Positions 1 to 10,740 of a stretch of 64,000 bases of DNA are shown here, one piece after another. This DNA is from an uncultured Candidatus Rokubacteria bacterium (GTDB lineage: Bacteria > Methylomirabilota > Methylomirabilia > Rokubacteriales > CSP1-6), in assembly GCA_963754315.1 (NCBI GenBank), contig CAVWFS010000015.1, forward strand, positions 216,458 through 280,457. Reading direction: 5' to 3'. The notes under the pieces are model-generated. The model made no database searches, was not told the origin of the DNA, and was given only the letters and a program-made list of their open reading frames with translations. Every line of letters begins with the position of its first letter. Positions within the stretch are counted from its first letter, which is position 1. The translations under genes were made by a program, and so were the position numbers.

Positions 1-904
1 CTCGGTTTTGCGAGCCGAAGTATCGCAGGCGTTGCGGCTGCTCGAGGGTGGTCAACCAGGAGCACGACGGCAGGCAGTACGATGCCTCGGCCGGATACGA
101 CACATACATCAACCGGCGATCGACCTGAGGTCCCGTCTGGCCAGCCACCGTGCGCACCCCCTCGGTCGCCAGCAGACGCTCCTTGAGGCCAACCTTGTTG
201 CCGGCGTAACCGACCAGGGCGCCGTCGGCACCGACAATGCGGTGACAGGGAACCACGATCGGCAACGGATTCCAGCGCAGAGCCTGAGCAACCGCCCGCG
301 CTCCCGATGGCTTGCCTACCTCTCCGGCGAGGCCTGCATACGACGTCACGGCGCCGTAGGGAATCGCCGCCGTCATGCGCAACACGGCGCGCTGAAAGTC
401 TGAACGGGCCAGCCGCAGATCGAGCGGCCAGTCCAGCCGGGTTCGCTTGCCCTCGAGGAACTCCATCAGCTCGCGGTAGAGGGCTTCGATGTCCGAGCCG
501 TCCTCGACGATCTGCACACCGGCCGCCTTGGCCAGACGCGAGTGCAAAGACGCTCCCGCGTGGTCGAGGTACTCGATCAGGGTCACCCCTTCCTCGGAGC
601 GTGCGATCAGGATCGGTCCCAGCGGGGAATCGAAGACGCGAGCCACCAGGAGGCGTCGTCGCAGGTCGGCCAGGCCCGCCTCGATGCGCTGACGGCTCTG
701 GGCAACCGCGACATCGACGCTCGGGATACGCCAGGTCCCGATGGCCTGCTCGAGGGATCGATACCGCTCGAGCTCGCGGGCGCACGGTTCACATGTACGG
801 ACATGTCCGTCGACCCGGGCCACCATCGGCTCCTGACCCTCACCGGTGGCGACGGCAATCAGGTCTTGCTCGATCTCAGCACACACACTCGGCTTTCGGG
901 TCAT
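1..904 (-). CDS. ZAS (zf-HC2) anti-sigma domain fused to methylated-DNA-protein-cysteine methyltransferase (Ogt) and an Ada-type Zn domain; runs off the window edge
   Basis: Manual translation from ATG 904 (ATGA overlap with sigma stop): MTRKPSVCAEIEQDL..GHVRTCEPC (HxxxCxxC, 782-805), FDSPLGPILIA, NPLPIVVPCHRIVG (PCHR 239-250), YCLPSC (62-79). No stop before base 1, so absent from the ORF track. Confidence 0.88.
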   Translation of the reverse strand, partial: MTRKPSVCAEIEQDLIAVATGEGQEPMVARVDGHVRTCEPCARELERYRSLEQAIGTWRIPSVDVAVAQSRQRIEAGLADLRRRLLVARVFDSPLGPILIARSEEGVTLIEYLDHAGASLHSRLAKAAGVQIVEDGSDIEALYRELMEFLEGKRTRLDWPLDLRLARSDFQRAVLRMTAAIPYGAVTSYAGLAGEVGKPSGARAVAQALRWNPLPIVVPCHRIVGADGALVGYAGNKVGLKERLLATEGVRTVAGQTGPQVDRRLMYVSYPAEASYCLPSCSWLTTLEQPQRLRYFGSQNR

Positions 905-1425
905 CGCTCGAGCTCCGTGACGAAATCTTGCTCCTTCAGGCTCTGGCGGATTTTCTTGAGCGCCTGGAAGACGTTGGCCCGGGCGCTCTCGACGGAACAG
1001 GTCAGGTTCTGGGCGATGACCTCGTAATCGAGATCGTGGACTTTCCTCAGGATGAAGGCCGCCCGCTGTCGGAGGGGCAGCCTGGACACGACAACGTCAA
1101 GCCGCGATTGCGTCTCACTCAGCTGGGAAACGGCCGCCGGGTCGACGCCATCGAGCTCGGTCGTGCTCTCGCGGAGGGCGCTGTGGGCCAGACGGCGACG
1201 TCGTTCGGCCCGGAAGTGGTTACGCGTCAGGTTGGTCGCGATCGTGAACAGCCACGCCCGCACGTTCGCATCCGGCGTCAGGCCTCGATAGGCTCGGTAG
1301 GCTCGCAAAAACGTCTCCTGGACAAGGTCTTCTGCCTCGCTAGCCCGGTAGGTCATTCGCGCCAGGTAGCGGAAGATCTCGCCGTGGTGCGCCTCGACCA
1401 GTGTCTCGAAGGGCTGTTGGCCCAT
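901..1425 (-). CDS. ECF-family RNA polymerase sigma factor
   Basis: Region 2 (EAEDLVQETFLRAY, AWLFTIATN) and region 4 (LPLRQRAAFILRKVHDLDYEVIAQNL) motifs. Confidence 0.93.
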   Translation of the reverse strand: MGQQPFETLVEAHHGEIFRYLARMTYRASEAEDLVQETFLRAYRAYRGLTPDANVRAWLFTIATNLTRNHFRAERRRRLAHSALRESTTELDGVDPAAVSQLSETQSRLDVVVSRLPLRQRAAFILRKVHDLDYEVIAQNLTCSVESARANVFQALKKIRQSLKEQDFVTELER

Positions 1426-1476
1426 CACCCTATGAGACACCTTCGAGCGCCGAACGTGAAAGCACGGTCCATCGCC

Positions 1477-3132
1477 TCAGAAGCGCGAGGCCTTGAGGGT
1501 CACGTCGGCCCGGCTCCAGGCTTTCTCAAAGCGCAGCTCGACGATGCCTGCCTCGGCCGGGCGGTCTTGAGCGCGGAGACTCTGGGCCAGCCCGAACAAT
1601 GACCAGCCATTGAGTGGATTACGCTCCAGATCTGCCCGGTAAACTTCCTCGGCCTCGGCAGGACGTCCCCCCTCGAGCAGGGCGGCGCCAAGGGCCTGGC
1701 GTACGGGGAAGTACCAGGGGGGCGGCTCCGTGAACCAGTGGCCGTCCTGAGCCTGGATCGCCGCCGAGAAGTGGCGGACGGCGGTGTCGGTATCCCCTCC
1801 TCGGGCGGCGATCTCTCCCGCGAGCGTATCGCTTGCCAGCCGTAGCATGTCTGCCTGCTTGAAGAACCCGATCGTCCGGTCGCTCGGCACCCTCTCGGCC
1901 AGATTTCTCAGCGCGGTCAGCTCGGCCCGCGCCTGTCCCGCCCGCCCGGTGGCAGCGAACGCGAGGCCCCGTGAGTAGTGCCAGGCACCCATCACGTAGA
2001 ACTGGCCGGCGGCCGGTGTCTTCTCCTGCAGGATCTCCGTCCACCGCCCGAAGCGGGCCAGCGCGAAATACGGCGCCGCCGGGCCTGTTTCCATCTCCGG
2101 CATCGTCCGCACCATGTCCGCGGGAACCGCCGCGCGAAACTCGCGGGCGGCTCGGATGGTGTCCGCGCTCCGGCCCTCCATGCTGGCGGCCAGCCAGATG
2201 AAGTCGATGTTGTGTGGGTAGTAGCCCATGCGGTAGGCGGAACTCGGCTGGGTCTTCTTGAAGTATGCGCGGTCCGCCGCCACGGCGCGCTCGTTGGCGG
2301 CCACCGCGTCGGCGTACCGGCCCACTCTCAGATAGATGTGCGAGGGCATGTGAACCAGATGTCCCGCGCCAGGCATGAGTGGCCCCAGACGGTCGGCGGC
2401 GTCGGTGGCCCGCCCGGGGTCGGGACTCGCCTCCACCGCGTGAATGTACAGATGGTTGGCGCCAGGGTGATCCGGGGCCGCGGCCAGCACCCGCTCGAGG
2501 ACCTGGACGATTTCCTCGGTACCAGGCTGGGGCTTGCCGTCCTCGGTCCACAAGTGCCATGGCCGCATGTTCATCAGGGCATCCGCGAAGAGGGTGCCAA
2601 TGTCGACATCGTCCGGGAAGCGTCGGTTGGCCTCGCGCATGGCAGCCGCGTATGCGCGGTCGAGGGCCGCCCGGTCGGCTTTGGTATCGGCCGAGTGCCG
2701 GGCCGCCAGCGCCTCGATGAGCGCCTGCTCGCGTTCCGACGCACCACCAGCTCGGGCGCGTGCGGTCTGGATGGCTTCCCAGGCTCCCCGCTCGCGCTCG
2801 GGGTCGGTGGGGCTGTTGTAGTTGGAGCCGTAGGTGAGCGCGACCCCCCAGTAACAGATCGCGCACTCCCCATCGAGGCGCGCCGCTTCGCGAAAGGCCC
2901 GCTGCGCCTCGTCGTAGTTGAAGGCATACACCAGGCGCAGCCCTTGATCGAAGTACGCCTGGGCCTGGGGCGACGAGGTGGTGATCTTGCGATGGTAGGT
3001 CCCGAGATCCTCGAAGAGGGGCGGCGGAGTGTCGGCGACTTCGCGCGCGTGCTGATGGTGGCCCGTCGGAGTCGAGCATCCACTCGTCAACACCAAGGTC
3101 ATGAAGGGCACGAACCGCCACCAAGCGCGCAT
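1477..3132 (-). CDS. TPR-rich putative lipoprotein, conserved hypothetical
   Basis: Lipobox-like LTSGC; AQAYFDQGLRLVYAFNY, HPGANHLYIHAVE and GHLVHMPSHIY motifs; TPR-like helices. Confidence 0.85.
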   Translation of the reverse strand: MRAWWRFVPFMTLVLTSGCSTPTGHHQHAREVADTPPPLFEDLGTYHRKITTSSPQAQAYFDQGLRLVYAFNYDEAQRAFREAARLDGECAICYWGVALTYGSNYNSPTDPERERGAWEAIQTARARAGGASEREQALIEALAARHSADTKADRAALDRAYAAAMREANRRFPDDVDIGTLFADALMNMRPWHLWTEDGKPQPGTEEIVQVLERVLAAAPDHPGANHLYIHAVEASPDPGRATDAADRLGPLMPGAGHLVHMPSHIYLRVGRYADAVAANERAVAADRAYFKKTQPSSAYRMGYYPHNIDFIWLAASMEGRSADTIRAAREFRAAVPADMVRTMPEMETGPAAPYFALARFGRWTEILQEKTPAAGQFYVMGAWHYSRGLAFAATGRAGQARAELTALRNLAERVPSDRTIGFFKQADMLRLASDTLAGEIAARGGDTDTAVRHFSAAIQAQDGHWFTEPPPWYFPVRQALGAALLEGGRPAEAEEVYRADLERNPLNGWSLFGLAQSLRAQDRPAEAGIVELRFEKAWSRADVTLKASRF

Positions 3133-3284
3133 GATCAGCTCCCTCGCGTGCGGCCCGCCTTCAGCGGGCTGCTCGGCCGTGAGCGCGGCCGTCCTCGATT
3201 GTATGATGGTCAGCCAGGGAGGGCTGCCTGCATGCCTGTCGATCGACCGGGAGCGTTTCCGCGGCTCGTGCCGGGCGCGCCCCG

Positions 3285-4121
3285 ATGAGCGCGCTGGTCA
3301 CCACCACCTGGCTCGCCGGGGAGCTAGGTGCCCCCGATCTGCGCATCATCGACGGCTCCTGGCACATGCCCGCACTCACCCGCGATGCTCGCGCAGAGTT
3401 CACGGCCGCCCACATCCCGGGAGCCGTCTTCTTCGACATCGACCGGATCGCAGACACCTCTGTCGCCCTCCCGCACATGCTGCCAAGCGCGTCCGCCTTC
3501 TCGTCCAGTGTGGGCGCCCTCGGCATCGGCAATGATGACCGGGTCGTCGTCTACGACGTGCGCGGTGTGGTCAGCGCAGCCCGCGTCTGGTGGATGTTCC
3601 GCGCCTTCGGCCACGAGCGGGTGTCGGTGCTCGACGGAGGCCTTCCAGCGTGGCGCGCGGAGGGCCGGCCCCTCGAGCAGGGCGAGCCGAGACCGACGGC
3701 GCGCCACTTTGTCGCGCACTTCCGTCCCGAGCTGGTCCGCGACGTCGCGGCCGTCCGAGACAATCTCGTCACCGAGCGCGAGCAAGTCGTCGATGCGCGA
3801 TCACGAGGGCGCTTCGCCGGCACGGAGCCCGAGCCGCGCGCGGGACTCCGGAGAGGTCACATTCCCGGGAGCGTGAACGTGCCCTACGAGATCCTGTATC
3901 GGGACGATGGGACATTGTTACCGCCCCCCGCCCTGCGCGAAGCCTTCGCGCAAGCAGGCGTGCAGCTCGACAAACCGATCGTGACCTCGTGCGGCTCGGG
4001 CATCACCGCCTGCGTGCTCGCCCTCGGTCTGCACGTCCTCGGTCGAGAAGACGCGGCCGTCTACGACGGATCCTGGACGGATTGGGGAGGCCGCGCCGAT
4101 ACCCCCATCGACGGTCCGTGA
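3285..4121 (+). CDS. sseA: 3-mercaptopyruvate/thiosulfate sulfurtransferase (double rhodanese)
   Basis: HIPGAVFFDID, catalytic CGSGITAC, YDGSWTDW. Confidence 0.93.
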   Translation: MSALVTTTWLAGELGAPDLRIIDGSWHMPALTRDARAEFTAAHIPGAVFFDIDRIADTSVALPHMLPSASAFSSSVGALGIGNDDRVVVYDVRGVVSAARVWWMFRAFGHERVSVLDGGLPAWRAEGRPLEQGEPRPTARHFVAHFRPELVRDVAAVRDNLVTEREQVVDARSRGRFAGTEPEPRAGLRRGHIPGSVNVPYEILYRDDGTLLPPPALREAFAQAGVQLDKPIVTSCGSGITACVLALGLHVLGREDAAVYDGSWTDWGGRADTPIDGP

Positions 4122-4155
4122 GCCGCTGAACACCGAGCTCGCCGCGGTCTATGTC

Positions 4156-4617
4156 GTGGTCGGCCTGCTCTTCGCGGCAGGCCTGGCGGGGTCGGTCCTC
4201 CCGTTCGTCCCGGGGCCACCGCTGATCTTCGGAGGCGCCCTCATTTACGCGTTCGCTACCGACTGGACCCCCGTCGGCGCTGGCCGCCTGATCATTCTCG
4301 CCGTCCTGGCGGCGCTGGCTTACGTGCTGGGCCATGTCGCCGGGGCGCTAGGCGTCAAGCGCTTCGGGGGCAGCTGGTGGGCGGTGGGAGGCGCCCTCGT
4401 CGGCGCCATCGTGGGAGTCTTCCTGGGCCCGCTGGGACTGATCCTGGGGCCTATGCTCGGCGCCGTTGCCGGCGAGTTCTTGCGCGCGGGCGACATCGAG
4501 CGAAGCACGCGCAGCGGGATCGGGGCCCTGGCCGGGATGGCAGCCGGCATCGTCGCCAACCTCGGCCTGGCCGTCGTCATGATCGTGCTGTTCCTGTGGT
4601 GGGTCTGGCGGGGCTGA
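4156..4617 (+). CDS. DUF456 (YqgC-like) membrane protein
   Basis: GSVLPFVPGPPLI, Gly-rich TM helices, GPLGLILGPMLGA; start may be slightly upstream. Confidence 0.85.
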   Translation: MVGLLFAAGLAGSVLPFVPGPPLIFGGALIYAFATDWTPVGAGRLIILAVLAALAYVLGHVAGALGVKRFGGSWWAVGGALVGAIVGVFLGPLGLILGPMLGAVAGEFLRAGDIERSTRSGIGALAGMAAGIVANLGLAVVMIVLFLWWVWRG

Positions 4618-4667
4618 GGAGGGATAGCGACATCCGGAGTGGCGCGGCAGCGCCTGAAAGGACGACC

Positions 4668-5531
4668 ATGCGCACGACCACGAGGCTTCGACGGATGCTG
4701 CAGGCCCCAGGGATTGTCGTCGCCCCCGGCGCCTACGATGGGTTCTCGGCGCGGCTCATCGAGGCGGCTGGCTTCTCGACGGTCTACATGACGGGAGCCG
4801 GCACCGCCGCCTCCCACCTGGGCCAGCCCGATCTCGGTCTTGCCACCATGACCGAGATGGCCGCCCACGCGCGCCATCTGGCCGCGTGCGTCTCGCTGCC
4901 GCTCATCGCCGATGCCGATACGGGCTACGGCAACGTCCTCAACGTGGTACGCACCGTGCGGGAATACGAACGGGCAGGGGTAGCCGGTTTGCACCTCGAG
5001 GATCAAGTGGCCCCCAAGAAGTGCGGCCACATCGCCGGCAAGCAGGTGATTCCGGCCAGGGAGTTCGCGGACAAGATCCGCGCGGCCGTGGAATACCGGA
5101 CGGACCCCGACTTCGTGATCATCGCGCGCACCGATGCGCGCGCAGTCACGGGCCTCGATGATGCCATCGAGCGCGGCAACCTGTACGCGGAGGCAGGGGC
5201 CGACATCATCTTCGTGGAGGCCCCGCAAAGCGCCGACGAGATCCACCGCGTGGCGCAGGAGGTCAAGGCCCCCCTGCTCGCCAACATGGTGCAAGGGGGA
5301 AAGACACCGGCGGTCAAGGTTGCGGAGCTGGAGCGACTCGGATTCAAGCTGGTCATCTTTCCGGCCGTCTGCATGGCGGCAGCGGTGACCGCCATCGAGA
5401 CGGCTTTGAATCGTTTGCAGGAGACCGGAACGGACTGGCACGATGGCCGGGCCCTCGGTCCGATGGACATCTTCCGCAAGGTCGGTTTCGACTGGTGGCA
5501 GGCCATCGAGACGCGCTTCACGTCAGCCTGA
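4668..5531 (+). CDS. Isocitrate lyase/PEP mutase family enzyme (PrpB-like)
   Basis: [28 protein letters not shown] 4668 with GAAAGGA upstream. Confidence 0.92.
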   Translation: MRTTTRLRRMLQAPGIVVAPGAYDGFSARLIEAAGFSTVYMTGAGTAASHLGQPDLGLATMTEMAAHARHLAACVSLPLIADADTGYGNVLNVVRTVREYERAGVAGLHLEDQVAPKKCGHIAGKQVIPAREFADKIRAAVEYRTDPDFVIIARTDARAVTGLDDAIERGNLYAEAGADIIFVEAPQSADEIHRVAQEVKAPLLANMVQGGKTPAVKVAELERLGFKLVIFPAVCMAAAVTAIETALNRLQETGTDWHDGRALGPMDIFRKVGFDWWQAIETRFTSA

Positions 5532-5623
5532 GGTTCCGGCGCCAGCCCGCGACCTCTTCGCCCCCTCATACCGAGGCCGCGGTATCATCTAGCAGCACTA
5601 CTCGTGAGCACAGGAGACCTGTT

Positions 5624-6808
5624 ATGGCAGAAGCTGTCATCGTCTCGACCGCCCGTACCGGGATCGGCAAGGCCTACCGAGGGGCCCTCAACAATACCCA
5701 CGGTGCCACCGTGGCCGCCCACGTCATCGGGCAGGCCGTGAAACGGGCGGGTCTGGAGCCGGCCGAGGTCGAGGACGTGATCCTCGGCTGCGCCCTGCCG
5801 GAGGGTGCCACCGGCGGCAACATCGCGCGCCAGGCGGCGCTGCGGGCGGGCCTGCCGGTCACCACCGGGGGCGTCACCGTCAACCGCTTCTGCTCGTCCG
5901 GGCTGCAAGCCATCGCCATGGCTGCTCACCGGGTGATCGTGGATCGTGTCCCGATCATGGTCGCGGGCGGCCTGGAATCGATCAGCCTCGTCCAGAACGA
6001 GCACATGAACCTGCACCGCATGCGCGAGAGCTGGCTCGAGGAACGCAAGCCCGAGATCTACATGACGATGATCGAGACGGCCGAGGTGGTGGCCGCGCGC
6101 TACGACGTCACCCGCGAGATGCAGGACGAGTACGCGCTGGCCAGCCAGCAGCGAACAGCGGCCGCGCAGCAGGCGGGCCGCTTCGATGCCGAGATCGTTC
6201 CCTTCACGACCATCAAGACGGTCCAGGACAAGACGACGGGGCAGCTCCACGAAGAAGAGGTCACCCTCACCCGAGACGAGGGGAATCGTCCTGATACCAC
6301 CCTCGACGGTCTGAAGGCCCTCAAGCCGGTGACGGGTGAAAAGGGGCACATCACGGCTGGCAATGCCAGCCAGCTCTCCGACGGCGCCTCAGCCTGCGTG
6401 GTGATGGATGCTCGCCTCGCCGAGCGGCGCGGGCTAAGGCCACTCGGAATCTTTCGCGGCTTCACCGTGGCCGCCTGTGAGCCGGACGAGATGGGGATCG
6501 GTCCCGTCTTCGCGGTGCCACGCCTGCTGGAGCGGTTCGCCTTGAAGATGGACGACATCGACCTGTGGGAGCTGAACGAGGCGTTCGCCGTCCAGGTCAT
6601 CTACTGTCGCGACCGGCTTGGCATCCCCATGGAAAAGCTCAATGTCGACGGCGGGGCCATCGCCATCGGCCACCCCTACGGCATGAGCGGAGCCCGGATG
6701 GTCGGCCACGCTCTCTTGGAGGGCAAGCGGCGCGGCGCCAAGCACGTCGTCTGCACGATGTGCATCGGCGGGGGCATGGGGGCGGCAGGCCTCTTCGAGG
6801 TCGTCTAG
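5624..6808 (+). CDS. Acetyl-CoA C-acyltransferase (thiolase)
   Basis: [27 protein letters not shown] motifs; AGGAG RBS. Confidence 0.95.
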   Translation: MAEAVIVSTARTGIGKAYRGALNNTHGATVAAHVIGQAVKRAGLEPAEVEDVILGCALPEGATGGNIARQAALRAGLPVTTGGVTVNRFCSSGLQAIAMAAHRVIVDRVPIMVAGGLESISLVQNEHMNLHRMRESWLEERKPEIYMTMIETAEVVAARYDVTREMQDEYALASQQRTAAAQQAGRFDAEIVPFTTIKTVQDKTTGQLHEEEVTLTRDEGNRPDTTLDGLKALKPVTGEKGHITAGNASQLSDGASACVVMDARLAERRGLRPLGIFRGFTVAACEPDEMGIGPVFAVPRLLERFALKMDDIDLWELNEAFAVQVIYCRDRLGIPMEKLNVDGGAIAIGHPYGMSGARMVGHALLEGKRRGAKHVVCTMCIGGGMGAAGLFEVV

Positions 6809-6841
6809 CCGGCCCGACCCTCCTTGCGACCCGTTGGCGTT

Positions 6842-7723
6842 CTACCGCACGGCACCCATGGTGAGCCCGCGCACGATGTACTTCTGGACGAGCAAGCTCA
6901 GGAGCAGCTGGGGCACGACCGCCACCAGCGAGGCGGCCGCCATCTGCCCCCACAGCACCTGCTCGTAGGAGATGAACTGAATGGCCCCGACCGTCACCGG
7001 GAACGTCTGCCGACCCGCCAGCATCAGCGGATAGTTGAACGCGTTCCAGCTGAACATGAAGCCCAGGATGACGGTGACGGCCACACCGGGCAGGCTCAAG
7101 GGCAGGATGACCCGCGTCAGCACACCCCACCAGGAGCATCCATCGATCTTGGCCGCCTCCTCCACCTCGAGGGGGATCTCCATGAAGAAGCTGCGCAGCA
7201 TCCAGATCGTGAAGGGCAAGGTAATGAGCTGATAGGCGAGGATCAACCCTGCGTATGTGTTATAGAGCCCGAGACGCTGATACAGGATGTACAGGGGGAT
7301 CAGGAACGTGATGAACGGGGCGAAGCGGAAGCTGAGGAACAGGAACGCCAGCCCTTCTTTCAAGGGAAACGTGTAGCGGGCCAGGGCATACGCGGCCAGC
7401 ACCCCCGCCACGACCGATAGCAGCACCGCTCCTGAGGAAATGATCACACTGTTGACGAAGAAGCGGGGGAAATCGGGACGGGCCGAGGCATAGAGGCCCC
7501 GCTGCCGGCCGATGAAGATCGCCTCATAGTTCTCGACGGTTGGGCGAAAGACCAAGGTCGGTGGCACCGACAGCATGTCGCGCGGTTCTTTCAGCGATGT
7601 GATCAGGATCCAGAAGAACGGCAGGACCGTCCAGACCACCAAGAGTAGCGCCGCCACCACCAGCCCGCCGGCCCGCACCCACCGCCAGCTGCGGCGCTCA
7701 CGCAAGGTAGTCGGCCCGCTCAC
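6842..7723 (-). CDS. Carbohydrate ABC transporter permease (MalG-like)
   Basis: EAA loop (EVEEAAKIDGCS), six TM segments; GTG start overlaps upstream stop. Confidence 0.92.
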   Translation of the reverse strand: MSGPTTLRERRSWRWVRAGGLVVAALLLVVWTVLPFFWILITSLKEPRDMLSVPPTLVFRPTVENYEAIFIGRQRGLYASARPDFPRFFVNSVIISSGAVLLSVVAGVLAAYALARYTFPLKEGLAFLFLSFRFAPFITFLIPLYILYQRLGLYNTYAGLILAYQLITLPFTIWMLRSFFMEIPLEVEEAAKIDGCSWWGVLTRVILPLSLPGVAVTVILGFMFSWNAFNYPLMLAGRQTFPVTVGAIQFISYEQVLWGQMAAASLVAVVPQLLLSLLVQKYIVRGLTMGAVR

Positions 7724-8607
7724 AGCGTCGTCCGCTCCGCGGCGCGCCTCCAGTAGCTCATGAGGACGTAGCTGGCGCTGAAGACGAGCCCCAGCAGGAC
7801 AACGGCGTAGGCCATGCCGGCGCCCATCTGGTACCACTGAAACGCATAGAAGAACGCCCGCATGTGAAGGTTCATGGTGGCGTCCGCCGGCCCGCCCAAC
7901 GTCGTTGCATAGATCACGTCGAAGATCCGGAGCGCGTCCATGGTTCGGAAGGTAACGGCCAGAATGATGAACGGCTTGAGGAGCGGCAGCGTGATGTACC
8001 GAAATACCTCCCACCCCGCTGCCCCGTCCACCCAGGCCGCCTCATAGGGCTCGCCTGGAAGTGACTGCAGGCCCCCGAGGAGGATCAGGGCCACGAAGGG
8101 GAGGTTGCCCCAGGTATCGATGATCAGGATGGAAACCATGGCCGAGTTGACCGCCCCCAGCCAGTTGATGGGGCCAATACCCACAAAGGACAGCCCATAG
8201 TTGAGGAGGCCCGCATTGGTCGAGGCCATCATGATCTTCCACATGAGGGCCGTGATCACGGGCGGCATCATCAAGGGCATGAGCATCATGGCCCGGAGCA
8301 CGCTCCGACCGGGGAACCGCGCGTGCAGAAATAACGCGACCGCGAGGCCCAGCCCCACCTGGATCACCACCGCCACCAGGGCATAGCCCACCGTGAACTC
8401 CAGGGAGTAGACGAACACGGGTTCCTTCAGCAAGGCGAGGTAATTGCCCAGCCAGACCACTCGGAAGAGATGGGGATACTGCAGATAGTAGCTCGTGAGG
8501 CTGTAGTAGAGCCCGAGGCAGAAGGGGTACAGCATGCCGATCAAGAGCAGAAAGGCGGGCAGAAGCAGCACGTAGGGCACGAGCTGCTCCGGCCGTCGCC
8601 GCGCCAT
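7720..8607 (-). CDS. Carbohydrate ABC transporter permease (MalF/UgpA-like)
   Basis: YEAAWVDGA, ITLPLLKP, TLGGPADAT. Confidence 0.92.
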   Translation of the reverse strand: MARRRPEQLVPYVLLLPAFLLLIGMLYPFCLGLYYSLTSYYLQYPHLFRVVWLGNYLALLKEPVFVYSLEFTVGYALVAVVIQVGLGLAVALFLHARFPGRSVLRAMMLMPLMMPPVITALMWKIMMASTNAGLLNYGLSFVGIGPINWLGAVNSAMVSILIIDTWGNLPFVALILLGGLQSLPGEPYEAAWVDGAAGWEVFRYITLPLLKPFIILAVTFRTMDALRIFDVIYATTLGGPADATMNLHMRAFFYAFQWYQMGAGMAYAVVLLGLVFSASYVLMSYWRRAAERTTL

Positions 8608-8622
8608 CGCCGGTGGGGAGGT

Positions 8623-10053
8623 CTATTTCTTCAGCCCGACCTCCACCAGAACCTTGTCGATCTCCGCGCTTGCCTTCTTCAACGCCTCCTCGGCCGAGGC
8701 GCGCTTGAAGTAGATCTCGTGCAGGGCTCGGGCCCAGATGTCGCCCAGCCGCGTGCGTTCAGGGTGAGGAACCCAGGCGACCCGAGCCGTCTTGAGATTT
8801 TCCTGCTGGGTCTTGACGTAGCTCCCGTTTCCCCACGTCCCCATGACCTGCTGCACCTTGGGGTTTGTCATGACCGAGATGCGTGAGGGATTGTAGTTGC
8901 GGTATTCGAGCGTCGCGTTGAGCAGGGTCTGGGGGGACGTCGCCCACTGGATGAAGAGCCACGCGGCATCCTTGTTCTTGGTGGCCTTGCTCATGCCGAG
9001 CGCCCATGTCCACAACCCCGCGAACGGCTTGCCTCCCGGCCCGCTTGGCACCAGCGCGTAGCCCACCTTGCCGGCCACCTTGGACTTCTTGGGATCCTCG
9101 TAGGTGGCGGCGAAGAAGTCGGCATCCACGATCATGCCGGCCTGCCCGGCCGCGAAACTCTCCATCGCGTCGTACCACGTCATGTTGGCCCAGTTGGCGG
9201 GCCCGCTTTCACGCATCATGTCGACCCACATCTGGGTGAACTTGACGGAGCGCGGATCGTGGAAGGTCGGATTGAGCTTGTCGTCCAGCTCATTCCACTT
9301 CCCGTCGGTGTAGGACTTGATCCCGCTGATGAATCCGGTGGCCACCGTGGCCACCGATGGCGTACCGCGAGCGACGATGCCGTCGATGCCCGCCTGCTTC
9401 TTGATGAGGCGGGCGGCGTCTACCATCTCTTCCATGGTGGTGGGGACCTTGATCTTGTATTGATCGAAGAGGTCCTTCCGGTAGGCGAGAATATAGCTCT
9501 CGGCCAAGACCGGGATGGAATAGAGAGGCCCCTCGCCGACTCCGCCACCCACCTTGCCACTCCAGCGATTGGCCGCAATCAAGGCCGGGTAAAAATCGTC
9601 GAGCTTGTACCAGGTCTTGTCCGTGAGCTTCGGATCGTTGAGGAACGAGTCGAGGGGAACGATCCATCCCGGTGTCACGTATTGCCAGTTCCGCATGGGG
9701 CCCGTCATGATGACGGTGAATTCGCCTCGTTGCTGGGAGAGATCGGCCACCAGCTTGGAGAAGTACTCTTGCTCCGGGAGGATCAGATAGTCCACCTTGA
9801 TCCCGCTCAAGCGCTCGAACTGCGGGATCAGCGGCAAGAGGGATTCGGTGAACGGGTGCTTGTTGAGGCCAATGGTCAACTTTTGGCCTTCGGCTTGCCG
9901 CCAGTTTATCTTGGCCTGACGGAAGTAGGCCAACGACGCGTCATCCTGCGCGCGCGCCACGGGCGGCGTGTCGCCTAACCACAGGACGAGTCCGAGGAGC
10001 CCCACCAACCATCCGCCCAACGTCCGTCCTGACCGGGTCGCCATGTTTGTCAT
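8623..10053 (-). CDS. Sugar ABC transporter substrate-binding protein
   Basis: Signal peptide; LAYRKDLF, DAAWLFIQWATS; precedes two permeases. Confidence 0.9.
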   Translation of the reverse strand: MTNMATRSGRTLGGWLVGLLGLVLWLGDTPPVARAQDDASLAYFRQAKINWRQAEGQKLTIGLNKHPFTESLLPLIPQFERLSGIKVDYLILPEQEYFSKLVADLSQQRGEFTVIMTGPMRNWQYVTPGWIVPLDSFLNDPKLTDKTWYKLDDFYPALIAANRWSGKVGGGVGEGPLYSIPVLAESYILAYRKDLFDQYKIKVPTTMEEMVDAARLIKKQAGIDGIVARGTPSVATVATGFISGIKSYTDGKWNELDDKLNPTFHDPRSVKFTQMWVDMMRESGPANWANMTWYDAMESFAAGQAGMIVDADFFAATYEDPKKSKVAGKVGYALVPSGPGGKPFAGLWTWALGMSKATKNKDAAWLFIQWATSPQTLLNATLEYRNYNPSRISVMTNPKVQQVMGTWGNGSYVKTQQENLKTARVAWVPHPERTRLGDIWARALHEIYFKRASAEEALKKASAEIDKVLVEVGLKK

Positions 10054-10244
10054 CCCCCTCGCGAGACGCTTTGTGCGCGCGCGATCACCGAGATGTTCAC
10101 GCGCCTTCTTACTCCAGGGAACAAGCGCCGTCAACCTGGCTCACCGGCCGCTCAGTCCGGTCACCTACGCCGCTCTGTCCAAGCTGACACTGAACGTGCT
10201 ACACAATTCGACATGCGCGAGCACGCCGCCCGGCTGCACTGTCG

Positions 10245-10697
10245 ATGAGCATCGAGGAGTCCGCCGCTAGTCCGGACGATCTGCTGGGCAGGGTACGCGC
10301 GCGCGCCGTGACGAACCTGTTCTGGCGACACCTCGGGGTCGATGTCGAGGACGCGCGCGAAGGGTGGGTGCGGCTGCGGGTCGCTATCCGCGATGAGATC
10401 AGAAATGCGGCGGGGGCGCCGGTGCACGGAGGCGTGTACAGCGCGCTGGTGGACATGGCGGTGGGCGGCGCCCTGAGCACCTTGCACGCGGCTTCGGAAG
10501 GAGGCGTTGGCCAGACCACCCTCGACCTGAATGTGAGTTTCCTGGCCTCGGCACGGCAAGGCAATATTTATGCGGAGGGACGCATCATCAAGAGAGGACG
10601 GACGATCGCGTTCGGCGAGGCTACCATCACGGACGGCGACGGGAATCTGCTTGCCGTGGGTCGGGCGACCTACATGATCCTCGCGGCGCGTGCATGA
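10245..10697 (+). CDS. PaaI-family hotdog-fold thioesterase
   Basis: VHGGVYSALVDMAVG, TLDLNVSFLA. Confidence 0.9.
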   Translation: MSIEESAASPDDLLGRVRARAVTNLFWRHLGVDVEDAREGWVRLRVAIRDEIRNAAGAPVHGGVYSALVDMAVGGALSTLHAASEGGVGQTTLDLNVSFLASARQGNIYAEGRIIKRGRTIAFGEATITDGDGNLLAVGRATYMILAARA

Positions 10698-10728
10698 CCC
10701 TCGCGGACTGCGCATGACCCTTGCGGAC
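10692..10728. repeat. Imperfect 20-bp tandem duplication spanning the PaaI stop codon
   Basis: gcatgaccctcgcggac at 10692 and gcatgacccttgcggac at 10712. Confidence 0.7.
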
Positions 10729-10740
10729 CGGGTGGGATCC

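Noticed and set aside
307..1602. Long plus-strand ORF (431 aa) and similar shadow ORFs (1978-3288, 23473-24894, 40899-43406)
   Set aside because: Antisense to well-supported genes with no recognisable motifs; typical high-GC artefacts.
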